Source: Gemmatales bacterium
GTDB lineage: Bacteria > Planctomycetota > Planctomycetia > Gemmatales > HRBIN36
NCBI GenBank assembly: GCA_041640595.1
Contig: JBEPZY010000003.1
Coordinates: forward strand, 116,773-180,772
Length of the DNA stretch: 64,000 nucleotides
Direction: 5' to 3'
Positions 42,301-52,800 of this stretch are shown here, in pieces. Numbering within the stretch: the first letter of the stretch is position 1; each line of letters starts with the position of its first letter. The notes beneath the pieces are model-generated. The model saw only the letters and a program-made list of their open reading frames with translations, searched no databases and was not told the DNA's origin. The translations under genes were made by a program, and so were the position numbers.

Positions 42301-42360
42301 GCTTGGGTCAGGCATAGCTGGTGTGGTGTGGCTGGATTGCGTCGAGACCGATCCTGACAA
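39304..42360 (-). CDS. Hanks-type Ser/Thr protein kinase with C-terminal WD40-like region
   Basis: IARGGMGVVY, VALK, HRDLKPAN, DFG, GTPSYMAPE, TM segment, beta-propeller-like tail. Confidence 0.92.
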   Translation of the reverse strand: MSGSVSTQSSHTTPAMPDPSGKSDPGPPPGSLRKRPAETHSAEYSTTPQVPVQEPLDPFPGRIFGDYEILERIARGGMGVVYKARQISLNRLVALKIIPGSELANPVERQRFRIEVEAAASIDHPRIVPIYEVGEHDGYYFYSMRLIEGGNLAQHMARYRDDHRAAARLIISAARGIHYAHQRGILHRDLKPANILLDKDGRPHVADFGVAKNLRGEVTTDASEASPPHSAASAPRDASADPASDSQRSRPGSRELDLTQVGEIVGTPSYMAPEQASGKKGVVTVAADIYSLGAILYEMLTGRPPFKGPTRMATVRQVLTERPIPPRQLNPRIDRDLESICLKCLEREPQNRYPSAEALAEDLERWLAGEPILAAPRPWWYRTLKWVKRRPTMAALVTATAIVTGLGLAGVTWQARLAHSQAERAWSAELALLREREQLRQARARQQRQQTLRQVQDAFHSFQQGDYRSAVTLLEQIPVEQRRWEWRLLQARLQLIQQPSWQHPPVLALTQWEDGWAGLTADGQVIFLRRTEAASVTARTLYKVPFGRDGLQSGSAGLLSVGQRLLAVWGGGGASGLAGDSPVPFWTWEGQAETLFGVRLDAERKTIAVIYRPNATASWQIGLFPEPNAFPRTISLPAEELRACEFVGSDHLLALTATGKLYVWPLNRDDSSHGVLETRAEQSDYWLAQLPAPIQRAVINRRGYLLLVQPDRSWRTGRWQPGWDRLWLEDPQTLPEPAKACALSDDGSMVVLAAEDGSVYYQRKGSPLCRWQLPRKLSIVDMHFAAGLDELACRTSRGEVFLIPVTLARRIVHRAVADPPAPPQRKHSPATGDFTWPADRHVIRTITAPAIGKVCALTKDRKLLTGTLPAGSDREVQDCEECSLAGKTPTSLAWCDSRKVLLVACAENTLMLGKFASDGSTWTWQEIACASPILHLAASADGEWFATADATGQVMLWDTELASPVLSAAILPTGCKELVATDQGLHCVDGAGVVWFWSIPPPSASDKPSGKPQFGHHG

Positions 42361-42420
42361 ACCCGCCAGACTGCGTCAGGCTCCCGCACAAGTATAGCTC
42401 ACACCAGCACCACCAGCCGA

Positions 42421-43035
42421 TCAGGGCAACCGGCGAATGCCAATGTTGCGGTATTCGAATTTCCCCGATTCAGCCTGCAAACCGATCGGCCCCTTTTCCG
42501 GCACTTTGAATCTGTCGGTCAACACTTCGCCGTTACACTGGCATACCGCATTGGTTCCGCGGACGACGATGTCCAGGACATTCCAATCGCCGCTTTTGAA
42601 CGATTTTGGCTTGTATGGACCGACGGTCGGATAATCGCGCACCTGCAACTGCACCCCGCGGATGTACACGCCGCTATCCGCACGCGGAGCGGCGCGAAAC
42701 TCCAGCCGCAGATGAAAATCGCCGTCGAAACTCTGGGCGGTGTACAGATCGCGAATGCCGCCTTTACCCTGTTTATCCTTGGCCTCGATGACGATGACGC
42801 CATCCTGCACCCGGATGCGACCATCCGGCGTTTCTGTTTGCCCGTCCATAGGCTTCCCCTTCTGGCCGGGATACACCCAACCGGTCAAATCCTTGCCGTT
42901 GAATAACGGTTCAAACTTGAACTCGGCCTTTTCGTTGGTCGGTTTGGTCTGGCCGTAAAAGTCGGGCACACCACCAAGCATGGCGGCCAGCATGGTGGCC
43001 ACCGTTACGGCCACAGTCAGCGACACCTGGCGCAT
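42421..43035 (-). CDS. DUF1080 (3-keto-disaccharide hydrolase) protein
   Basis: LFNGKDLTGW, DSGVYIR, GPIGLQ, YRNIGIR. Confidence 0.9.
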   Translation of the reverse strand: MRQVSLTVAVTVATMLAAMLGGVPDFYGQTKPTNEKAEFKFEPLFNGKDLTGWVYPGQKGKPMDGQTETPDGRIRVQDGVIVIEAKDKQGKGGIRDLYTAQSFDGDFHLRLEFRAAPRADSGVYIRGVQLQVRDYPTVGPYKPKSFKSGDWNVLDIVVRGTNAVCQCNGEVLTDRFKVPEKGPIGLQAESGKFEYRNIGIRRLP

Positions 43036-43236
43036 GGGCTTCTCCTTGTGCAGATGGCTTTACCGGAAACATGGGCCAGCGGCCTTACCGAGACGGCACG
43101 ACTGGCCGAGACGCTGGGCATGGCTAATTTCGCAGTTCGTGAGGCAGGTTATCGGGTGGGATAAATCGGCGGGAAAATCATCGCCATTTCGGCGGATTCG
43201 GTTTTCACAAGCAGTGTATTTGCACCACTGGTCGCG

Positions 43237-44046
43237 TCAAGGGTGAGCGCTGCGATGTTGATCTACAGCATCCGGCAAAATGTCCGTGTCGGAGAAGGAT
43301 ATGCTGGGTGCGAATGGCTCCCGACGAAGTTGCTGTTCGAGACGGGAGACTTCCAGGCGTTTTTCCAGACGATCCAGCAGGGAACGCAGTTCCGCCAATT
43401 CCGCAGAGGCAACGTGGCTGCCCTCTGGTAGCGAGGACTGTGCCAGCTGCAGCAGTTCGCATTGCGTATGGAGTTTTTGAATTCGTGCGGCCAACTCGGC
43501 TTGTTGCATCTGCAATTGCCTGCGCTGTTCGGCAAGATTTTCCAGCACTCGTTGCTGCTCGGCCAGAAGTAGCTCACGCTGCTGGATCAGCTCCTGCCGG
43601 GCCTGATAAAGCTGGAATCGCCGTCGCAATTCTGCCAGAATCCGGCTGCGTGCGGAACCGGCTGGCGTATCGTTATCGGCTGGGGCGTCGCTCCGCAAAC
43701 GCTCTCGCAGTTCCTGCAATTGTTGCCGCTCCCAATCGAGTTCCTGGCGATGGCGTTGCAACTCGTGCTCCAGTTCGCGCACCGAAACCAGCAAACTCGC
43801 CTGATAGCAAATGAGACGATCTTCCACCTGGGCTAACTGTGCCAGCATCGTTTCCGCACGGCGAATTTCCGAGGCCAGCGGCAAGGATTCCTCTGTACGC
43901 GGGCTGGTCGTCTTCATCAATGTCGCAAGGTAACTGCGCAAAATGCCGGCGGAATGCAGGCCAATCACGAATAAAAATCCGGCGGCCAGTACGGCAATTT
44001 TCTGCCACACCGCAGCTCCTCCTGCCGGGTATTTCGCTTTCCGCAT
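43237..44046 (-). CDS. Membrane-anchored coiled-coil hypothetical protein
   Basis: N-terminal hydrophobic segment, long E/Q/L/R heptad-rich region. Confidence 0.7.
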   Translation of the reverse strand: MRKAKYPAGGAAVWQKIAVLAAGFLFVIGLHSAGILRSYLATLMKTTSPRTEESLPLASEIRRAETMLAQLAQVEDRLICYQASLLVSVRELEHELQRHRQELDWERQQLQELRERLRSDAPADNDTPAGSARSRILAELRRRFQLYQARQELIQQRELLLAEQQRVLENLAEQRRQLQMQQAELAARIQKLHTQCELLQLAQSSLPEGSHVASAELAELRSLLDRLEKRLEVSRLEQQLRREPFAPSISFSDTDILPDAVDQHRSAHP

Positions 44047-44276
44047 CCTTTTCGCTCCCGGTGCACACGCTCCAACAGATCATTCGCAATCAAACCCGCA
44101 AAATTGCGAAACTGCCACCACGCACGCCGGGCATCGAAACCACGTTGCCTGCAAAATCCCAGCGAAAATTGCCGGGCGACTCCAACAGAAACCAGGCAGA
44201 GGAGTTCCGCAGCTCGCTCGCGTCTCAGACCGAAAAACTGCAAAACCGCCCCAAGGCAGATTCCGTCTCTGTGTCA

Positions 44277-44390
44277 GTAGCAGCTTTGGGAGCAATTCCA
44301 GAACTGCAAAACCACGCTCAAGGCCGTTTGGACGTCTTGGCACCAGGTACGGGCGTAGCAGCTTTGGGAGCAATTCCAGAACTGCAAAAC
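44277..44390. CRISPR. CRISPR-like mini-array D: two identical 36-bp repeats, 42-bp spacer
   Basis: GTAGCAGCTTTGGGAGCAATTCCAGAACTGCAAAAC at 44277-44312 and 44355-44390; palindromic; partial third copy AACTGCAAAAC ends at 44246. Confidence 0.72.
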
Positions 44391-44785
44391 CGCTCCGGCG
44401 CGGGCATCCAGGTGGGCCTGGGGTTCACGGCGGGACCCAGGTAAGCGAATGCCCCTAATGACACCGCCGATTTCTGCGGGCACAGAGGGCGTTGATGAAT
44501 CGAGGTTACGAACATCTGGCCGAGACGGGGTCCGACACCTGGCAACCGAGGATAATCCCAGCCGCCGCTTGTTACACTGGTGCAGGAATGGCGACAGCGG
44601 GTGTGCGTGCGTTGTTCCTGCCGCAGAACCTGACCCTACCGGTTCCGTTGCAGGAATGGCCGCCATTTTGAAAGCTGCGGCTCGAATCGTCGGGTCGGAG
44701 GTTAAGGCTGAGCCGGCGACAGTTGCGGTACTGGCAGCAGGACTTTGGACAGTTGCGGATGGGTCGGAAGCTATCGCGGAGGCGA

Positions 44786-46363
44786 TTACAGTTCCCGCTC
44801 GATCAGTTGCAGTAATTCACAGGCTCGCCAGGAGTTGCCGCTCAGTTGCAGAGTAGCATTGTCGCGAAGCCAGGCGGAGACTTTGCGTTCGGCAGCGATG
44901 ACGGTGCTGTGATTGCGACCGCCAAAGTACCGCCCAATTTCGCCGTAGGGCAGGCCGGTATGTTTGCGGGCCAGGTACATGGCAATCATCCGCGGGTAGC
45001 TTGCCGAGCGCACTTTTTCCCTTCCTCGCAGCAAACCGGGCCGCAGATGCAGAACACGACTGACAGCTCGTTCCACATCCCGCAGGGTTACCTGACCACA
45101 CCGCGGTCGCATCCAGTGATTGAGTGCTGCCTGAGCCAGCTCCGGCGTTACTGCCTTTTGCTGGACAGTGGCGTAATGGTGTACGGCGTAAAGTGCCCCT
45201 TCGAGTTCGCGAACGTTGCCCCGCACGGTTTGGGCAAGGTAATCCAGCACAGGGGCAGGGAAATCGCAAGCCAGCCGTTCCGCTTTCACTGCCAGCAATC
45301 GCCGCCGCAAGTCCTGGTCTGGCAAATCCATAGACCAAACCGCTCCGCCCAGCAAGCGGTCTGTAAGCTGCGGCAACCAGCGGAGCAGTCGGGGATGGCG
45401 ATCACTGGTGGCCACCAGCACACGCTGGCCGCGACTCAGCGCCTCGATGGTGTGCAGCAGTTCTTCCTGCGTAGCCCGTTTGCCTTCGAGAAATTGCAAA
45501 TCGTCCAGCAGCAGGGCTTGCAGAGAGCGAAAGCGTTTGCGAAACTCCACGAGCTTTCCCTGGCGGAGAGCTTGCAAAAACTGGTTGGTGAAATCTTCCG
45601 CCGTCAGATACGCGACGCGACTGGTTCCGAAGGTTGCCACCAGGCGTTCCGCCAAGCCCTGCAAAAGATGTGATTTGCCGACGCCGTGCGGGCCAAATAG
45701 CGTCAATGGTACGCCAAGCGGTCGCCTGGCAGCACCAAACCAGGCGGTATCCTGACGCACCGCTTCGAGAATGCGCATCACCGCCGCATAGGCCAGACGG
45801 TTCGACTCACCCACCAGGAATTCGTCCAGTCTGGTCGTCGCCCTCAGCTGGTGGCATGCCGCCAAGCCCGCGAGAGGCGTTTCGTGCTGGGTGATTGCTT
45901 CAACGTCCGGTCGAACCGGCGAAGAATCACCCGAAGCCGATTCGGAATATCGGAGGCGAAACTCGTCGCGGCAAGCGGCATCGGGCAAGTCACCATCCGT
46001 GGCTCCCGAACCGGATTGTTCTATCGCGGCGGGATTGACGGCATTGCTCGTCCGTTCTCCCTGACGCTGCGCCTGAAACAGAGCGGGATCGATGACAAAG
46101 CGAACCTGGACGGGATGCCCGGCCACGGATTCTGCTGCCGATTGGATGGACCGGGCAAACGTGGTTTGAAGCCACTCCAGCAGAAAGCGATTAGGCACGC
46201 CGATCAGGAGTTGTTCGTCCTGCCAGTGAAAGCGTGTTTGCTGTGCGAACCAGAGGCGATAGCGCTTCTCCCCAATGCGTTGAGCCAGTTCCTGCGCAAA
46301 GGAAGCGACCCAATCCGTCAGTGTCGGCACGGGTGTCCTCCCGGTGCGGCATCCTGTAGCCAT
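44786..46363 (-). CDS. dnaA: Chromosomal replication initiator DnaA (or DnaA paralogue)
   Basis: Domain I YRLWF..VPNRF, GPHGVGKSHL, LLLDDLQF, NVRELEGAL, domain IV RMIAMYLARK..IGRYFGGRNHSTVI. Confidence 0.92.
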   Translation of the reverse strand: MATGCRTGRTPVPTLTDWVASFAQELAQRIGEKRYRLWFAQQTRFHWQDEQLLIGVPNRFLLEWLQTTFARSIQSAAESVAGHPVQVRFVIDPALFQAQRQGERTSNAVNPAAIEQSGSGATDGDLPDAACRDEFRLRYSESASGDSSPVRPDVEAITQHETPLAGLAACHQLRATTRLDEFLVGESNRLAYAAVMRILEAVRQDTAWFGAARRPLGVPLTLFGPHGVGKSHLLQGLAERLVATFGTSRVAYLTAEDFTNQFLQALRQGKLVEFRKRFRSLQALLLDDLQFLEGKRATQEELLHTIEALSRGQRVLVATSDRHPRLLRWLPQLTDRLLGGAVWSMDLPDQDLRRRLLAVKAERLACDFPAPVLDYLAQTVRGNVRELEGALYAVHHYATVQQKAVTPELAQAALNHWMRPRCGQVTLRDVERAVSRVLHLRPGLLRGREKVRSASYPRMIAMYLARKHTGLPYGEIGRYFGGRNHSTVIAAERKVSAWLRDNATLQLSGNSWRACELLQLIEREL

Positions 46364-46862
46364 CCGTGAAAAGAGGGCAACAGACCGGAACCACTTCCTG
46401 GCCGGTCACCTCGACTACCTCCCGAGCGGCTGGGTGCTAGGGAAGGACGATTGTAACCAAACCGGGTGAGTCTGGCCAAGAGAAAAATTTTCGTGCCAAT
46501 CTTCGCCCACAGGGTCGGTTGACCGAAGTTGCCGATTGGGGAAGTTTTGTTTCCCGGTATCAACAAAGAAAATTCACAAAAAATTTTCCAACCGGCCAAC
46601 CGCAGCTGTTAGCGTAGCGGCGAAGTTTGCAGCTGAAATCTGCGTAGCGCTCTCGCTTGTCGCCGCAACTCTTTTCGGATATGGCGATTATGGATTGCCA
46701 GCCGATTGGCGGATTCCAGCTGTCAATTCACCATCTCTTCCGGACATCCCCGCTGACACCCAACCCTGCTGCGGGCGATTTTGTGTAGTAAGCCGTGCGG
46801 GCCAGGCGTAGCAAGTTCCCCTTGCGGAAAGCAAGCCCGTTGGTTACACATGCTTGCTCCAG

Positions 46863-46958
46863 GGACGGCAGCCGAAGGTGAAACAGGCACGCGACAAGAC
46901 AAGCGGAGCAAAGACAAGCGTCCTGAAGAAGGACGGCCGCCGAAGGTGAAACAGGCAC
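46863..46958. repeat. 28-bp direct repeat pair with 40-bp spacer
   Basis: GGACGGC(A/C)GCCGAAGGTGAAACAGGCAC at 46863-46890 and 46931-46958. Confidence 0.7.
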
Positions 46959-47248
46959 CTTTTCTTTCCGCGATGACGGGTGAAACGCCGATCCAGCCAG
47001 GGCTGCGGGAACCGACATTCGTCCAGGTGCAGCTCCATCGTGTCGCAGCATGCACCGCACCGACTACAGCTGCCGGACGTCCAACGGGTCAACGCAGGTG
47101 TTCAGCCATGAGCAGCCCCGATCTGCTCCGGTATCGCTAAAGGCTTGAAACGCCTCGACTTGCTTTCGAGGAGAAAGCGCGGCCAGGCAACCAATGGCCG
47201 GCCGCATGGCATGAACGCTTCCATTGCTATCCTGCTAGCGGGGAACGT

Positions 47249-48472
47249 ATGGCTTTACTGGAAGTCCACGGATTGGTCAAAAGCTACGGCAAACGCCGGG
47301 TGGTCAACGGCGTGAGCTTCCATGTGGATCGCGGTGAAGTAGTCGGTCTGCTTGGGCCTAACGGTGCGGGCAAAACCACCACGTTCCGCATGACCATCGG
47401 CATGGTTGTCCCGGACGAAGGGCGGGTCGTTTTTGCCGGCCAGGATGTCACCAGCTGGCCCATGTACAAACGAGCCCGGCTGGGCATGGGCTATCTTTCG
47501 CAAGAATCTTCCGTCTTCCGCCGACTCACCGTCGAGCAAAACATTCTGGCCATACTCGAAGCCATGCCGCCCTTGCGTTCGCTGGGACGTCGGCTCACTC
47601 GCCAGGAACGCTGGCAATTGACCCTGCGTATGCTCGAAAAATTTAACCTGTTGCGGGTACGGAAAACCCGGGCCTGGTCGCTTTCCGGTGGCGAAAAACG
47701 CCGACTGGAAGTCGCTCGCTGCCTGGTCACCGAACCGTTACTCATCTTGCTCGACGAACCCTTTACCGGCATAGACCCCATCACCATCGCCGATATCCAG
47801 AACATCGTCCGTCAGCTTCGCGATCAGGGCATAGGCATTCTCCTGACCGACCATAACGTCCGCGAGGCGCTCAAAATTACCGACCGCAGTTACGTGATCA
47901 CTGACGGGGTCGTGGAGGCTCACGGTTCGCCCGAGGAAATTATCCGCCACCCCAAAGTGATCGCCAAATACCTCGGCCAGTCTTTTGCTGAATCGGAAAC
48001 GCTTCCCAGGGCGGTGAAAGCGAATGCAGCCAGGCCCGGCGACTCTGCTGGCGTCGTGGAGTCGGTGCATGATCCAGGCAAGTCCGCGGATTCGTCAGCC
48101 GAGCCCACCGCTGGGGGCCTGACGAACCGTGTCCAGGTCGTTCAGGAAACTTCTCCGGCAAAACCTTCGTCCACCGATTCCCCGGCGGTGCTGGCAGTGT
48201 TACGTCAGGAAAGATTGCGCCAGATGCTCGACTGGCTGCTGGATGACCGTCGCCAGCAGGCCGAGCAGGAGTTTCTCCAGGTCGGCCATGCTTCGATACC
48301 GGTTTTGCTGGAAGCTCTGGAACGCCGCAACCCCGACTTGCGAAAGCAGGCGCATGCCCTCCTGGAACGCCTCCTCGCCAGGAAGGTTCCTTACGACCCG
48401 TTTGCTCCGGAAGCCGAGCGTCGGCGAGCTCTGGCACGGTTACGGGAACAATTTTTTCGCTTAGCGGGCTGA
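47249..48472 (+). CDS. lptB: LPS export ABC transporter ATP-binding protein LptB with C-terminal extension
   Basis: GPNGAGKTT, YLSQESSVF, LSGGEKRRLE, LDEPFTGIDP, TDHNVRE. Confidence 0.88.
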   Translation: MALLEVHGLVKSYGKRRVVNGVSFHVDRGEVVGLLGPNGAGKTTTFRMTIGMVVPDEGRVVFAGQDVTSWPMYKRARLGMGYLSQESSVFRRLTVEQNILAILEAMPPLRSLGRRLTRQERWQLTLRMLEKFNLLRVRKTRAWSLSGGEKRRLEVARCLVTEPLLILLDEPFTGIDPITIADIQNIVRQLRDQGIGILLTDHNVREALKITDRSYVITDGVVEAHGSPEEIIRHPKVIAKYLGQSFAESETLPRAVKANAARPGDSAGVVESVHDPGKSADSSAEPTAGGLTNRVQVVQETSPAKPSSTDSPAVLAVLRQERLRQMLDWLLDDRRQQAEQEFLQVGHASIPVLLEALERRNPDLRKQAHALLERLLARKVPYDPFAPEAERRRALARLREQFFRLAG

Positions 48473-48546
48473 ACCATGTACGAATTCATCCGCACAGAAC
48501 GAGGCTGGCGAGTTGTCTTCGGGCCGGTCGCGCCTGCCGACACGGA

Positions 48547-49668
48547 TCACCGCCCCAGATCGTTGAATCGCCCCGAAGGTGGCGGAGGGGGTACCAGCCA
48601 GATCGGTTTGCCCCCATCGAGGTCAGGCAACGGCCCGGAGATCGCGGGACAGCGGATGCCTAAAAGCACATGCACATCGAAAATTTCGGTTACTCCGGAG
48701 TGGAATCGCAAACTGGCCACGCTGCGCCCGGAAGCCAGTTCGATAACCTCGACGCCGCATTTAAGCTGCTCCCGCCGCTCTGCGATCGGTATGCCGCCGA
48801 ATACCGAGGTTTCCCGGATTCGCGACAATCCGACGAACGCATAGGGACCGAAAAGCGCCAGACCCCGCGTGTATCCTTCGACATGAGCCACGGGTTCGAC
48901 ATGACCGGTCTTGCGATCCACCCAGGAAATCCGTCCGTAGCCGGAATCCAGAACCCATAACTGTCCCTGGTGCAAACGCGGAGAATGGGCCATGGCCAGC
49001 CCTCGCGCAAGCGTCTGGCCGCTGGGCACGTCTATCACGCAGCCACTCGTTGCTTTCGTCGGTCGCCATCCTGCCGGAGTATCCACCTCCGCCAGAGCGG
49101 TAACGTATCGCGGTTTGCCCTCTTCCAAGCACAGGCCGTTCAGGTGACAGCGATCCTCCGCCGCCAGGCTCGAAATGAACGGCGGTTGCCAGCGGGGCAC
49201 AAAGCTGTAATCCTCGCTCAACGTGCACAGGCACGAAAACAGCGTGTTCACCACCCACAACTCCGAACCCGACCAGGCCAGCTCGTGGACGTGAATCGGC
49301 CCGGTGTAATGGCACGAACGCGTCAGGTAGCAGGCATCAAACTTCCCAGGCGGTTCGAGACGCCGAGCCAGGTCGGGAGCGTTTTTCAGAAACCAGATTT
49401 GCCTCCGCGTCCCGACTGCCATCCGCCTGCCATCCACCGCCACTCCCATGGCCTGTTCAAAATTAGACACCTGAAACTCCAGCTTCCCCTCATACGTGCC
49501 GATGGCCAGCACTTTCCCGGCCTGATAGGTCGAGACTACCAGACTTATGCCGAGTTGTTGCAACAAATACGGCAGGTTACCGGTGTATTCAAAATGCACC
49601 GGAGTAACTGCCGGTTGCTCTGCCCCTACCGGAGTTGCTGCGGGTTGTGGCTGGTCGTTCTGGCTCAT
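48547..49668 (-). CDS. TIGR03032 (DUF4915) family protein
   Basis: STYQAGK, VNTLFSCL, EDRCHLNG, HSPR, GYTRGL, GLSRIRE. Confidence 0.88.
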   Translation of the reverse strand: MSQNDQPQPAATPVGAEQPAVTPVHFEYTGNLPYLLQQLGISLVVSTYQAGKVLAIGTYEGKLEFQVSNFEQAMGVAVDGRRMAVGTRRQIWFLKNAPDLARRLEPPGKFDACYLTRSCHYTGPIHVHELAWSGSELWVVNTLFSCLCTLSEDYSFVPRWQPPFISSLAAEDRCHLNGLCLEEGKPRYVTALAEVDTPAGWRPTKATSGCVIDVPSGQTLARGLAMAHSPRLHQGQLWVLDSGYGRISWVDRKTGHVEPVAHVEGYTRGLALFGPYAFVGLSRIRETSVFGGIPIAERREQLKCGVEVIELASGRSVASLRFHSGVTEIFDVHVLLGIRCPAISGPLPDLDGGKPIWLVPPPPPSGRFNDLGR

Positions 49669-49856
49669 AGTTTAGTCCCTCCAAACTACCAGCATAAGCG
49701 CAAGCGACCGGTACGCCAAGACGATTAGCGCTTTGCGTCCTCAGCTGCCAGTTCTCGCCTGCCTCAGTCTTCGCTAAGCTAGCTTCCCTGCCGATAAGAT
49801 TGTGTGGACTGCCAGATTTTCCTTTTGCAGTGGAATCGGGCTTCAGGAGTTGCGTC

Positions 49857-52800
49857 GTGAATGCCGAACACTGGGTCGAACAGGGCCGGAAACATCACAC
49901 CGCCGGCCGCTGGCGAGATGCCGAAATTTGCTACCGACAGGCTCTCGCTCTGGATCCTCGCCATGTCGAGGCGCTGCACTTGCTTGGTTTGCTTGCCCAT
50001 CAAGCCGGCCACTCGGAGGACGCTATCCAGTTGATTCGCCAGGCTCTCGATATTCAGCCCCATTACGCCATCGCCTGGAACAACCTGGCTACTATCTACC
50101 ACGACCGGCAGCAACTTCGTTTCGCTCACGAATGTCTCGAACGGGCATTGCAACTCCAACCCGACTACGCTACCGCGCATAACAACCTGGGGGAGATCTA
50201 TAAAGCACTTGGTCACGTTCGCAAAGCCCTGGATTGTTATCGCCGCGCTCTGGCCTGCGATCCTAATTTCTTAGCAGCTCGCAGTAACTATCTCATGACG
50301 CTTCTTTATGATCCTGACCAGGAGCTAAGTTCCTTTCTCGAGGAAGTGCAGCGCTGGGGAAACTATCCTGTCCCGCGCCATTTAGCCAGCCAAAAAAGAT
50401 GGTCGCTAAATACAAATCCCCACCGCCGCCTGCGAATCGGTTATGTCTCACCGGATTTCCGTAAGCATGCCGTCATGCGGTTCTTCCTCCCTATCTTAGA
50501 AGCGCACGATCCGGATCAGGTCGAGGTTTACCTCTATGCCCAGATTCCAGCCGCGGATGCCGTTTCTGAACGCTTGCGAAAGTTAGCTTCCGGCTGGCGT
50601 GTGATTTCGCTGCTCTCGGCAGCAGAAGTGGCCCGCCTTATTCAGCAAGACCATATAGACATCCTCGTGGACTTAGCCGGCCACACTCGCCGTAACCGCC
50701 TGGATGTTTTTGCCCTGCAACCAGCACCTGTACAGTGTACCTATTTAGGATACCCAGGACCAACAGGACTTCCCACTATCCGTTTCCGTTTCGGAGACGC
50801 TTATCTTTTTCCTGACGCTGCTCCCACCTGGCACACCGAGGAAATTGTGCGACTAAACAGCGGCTTCTTCGCATTTGCTCCACCGGATAACGCTCCCGAA
50901 GTAAGTTCGCTTCCGTGTCTGGACAACGGATATATAACTTTCGGCTCGCACCACCCACTAATCAAGCTAAACGATCGTGTGCTGAGGCTATATAAGCAAG
51001 TCCTTGATGCCGTCCCCCACTCTAAACTTCTTTTCTTCCGCGATCAGTTGCGCGACTGGGCGCTGGAAGATTTCCAGAAGCGGCTGGCAGCGATCGGGCT
51101 TTCACCAGACCGACTTATCATTGCTTCGCCAACCGCTGAGGAAATTGACTACCTCCGTACCTATCACCGTGTGGATATCGTATTAGATGCGTTTCCGTTT
51201 ACCGGGCACACGATGACCTGCGAGTCGCTGTGGATGGGCGTGCCTGTGCTGACCTTGTCGGGAGATCGGCCCTGGTCGCGTCTTTCCCGGAGTGTGCTGG
51301 AACGGCTTGGTTTGCAGGAATGGATTACCTATACGCCTGATGAGTTTGTTGAGCGGGCTCGAGAGCTGGCAGCACAATCAGAGCGACTCGCCTCCCTCCG
51401 TGCGCGATTGCGTTCGCTCATTCTGCAACGCCTTACTAATGGCAGCACGGTGGCACGTGATTTAGAGGATGCTTATCGCAGGTTATGGCAGGAGTGGTGT
51501 GCTCAGCACGAACCTCGGGCCACACAAACAATAAGCGTTCCTTCGCAGGAAACACCTGACGCGACAACCGTGGTTACGCCCGAACCTGAAAACGTGACTA
51601 ATGTTGTTGTCTCGGATATACCGAACACAGCTGAGACCTGGCATGAACGCGGCCTGGCACTCGCGGAGGAAAAAAAGTTTTCTGAAGCGATCGAATGTTT
51701 CCGCCAGGCACTATCACTGCGCCCTAACTATCTTATTGCTGAGCTCAATCTGGGCATGTGTTATAAGAATCTCGGCTACCTGGATGAGGCAGCTCGCATA
51801 TTCAGGAATTGCATAGACAAGTACCCAGGCGATCCCGCTCCTCTTATTCAGCTGGCCGCGACTTATAAACAGCTCAACCGACTGGACGACGGTTTGACAT
51901 GCTTACGTCAAGCCTGTCGAATCAGTCCGCCATTCGGTCCCGCCTGGCACAATTATCTTGTCTATCTGAACTATCATCCCAGGAGCAAACCGGAAGAGAT
52001 TTACCAGGCTCACCGGCAATGGGGCGAGCGAGCCGCTGTACCATTAGTTCGCAAATTCACTAATGCCCTCGACCCGGAACGCCCCTTGCGCATCGGTTAT
52101 GTTTCCCCGGATTTATACGAACATCCGGTCAGTCGCTTCATCGAACCGATACTGCGGCACCACAACAAGGCAGAGTTTGCCGTCTATGTTTATGCAGGGG
52201 TGCGCCGACCAGACCGGGTAACTCGTCGCTTGCAGGAATTAGCTGATTGCTGGAGAGATATTGTCCGCTTAAGTACCGAGCAAATAGCTGATCAGATTCG
52301 TGCAGATCGCATTGACATTCTCGTGGACCTGACCGGTCATTATGCGGACAATTATTTAGCGGTGTTTGCGCAACAACCGGCCCCGGTTCAGGTGACCTGG
52401 TTAGGATATCCCCATACCACAGGGCTGAGCACGATTCATTATCGGTTGACCGATCGAGTCTTAAATCCCCACGAAGAGCCGCCATACGCAACAGAACGTC
52501 TGGTGTACTTAGAGGGCGGTTTTTCATGTTTTCAACCACCCCAGCCGGCCCCGGAAATTAGTCCCCCGCCGTGTTTAGAAACAGGTATGATCACGTTCGG
52601 CTCGCATCACGATCTTAAGAAACTAAACGATGACGTTTACTGGGTCTGGAGCAAAATTCTCAAACGAGTGCCGAATTCCCGATTATTGTTTTTCCGAAGC
52701 TCGCATATGCCCCCAATTCAGGATCACCTGCGACGTAAATTTCGAGCTTACGGCATCGAACCGGAACGGATTGTCGTTCGTCAGCCTCCTTTTGGCGACT

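Noticed and set aside
44570..44760. TGCAGGAATGGC twice (period 68) and GACAGTTGCGG twice downstream of dnaA
   Set aside because: The matches are only 11-12 bp with inconsistent spacing.
48476..48844. ORF starting 3 nt after lptB (MYEFIRTERGWRVVFGP...)
   Set aside because: The N-terminus looks peptide-like, but most of the ORF overlaps the TIGR03032 gene antisense; it cannot be supported.
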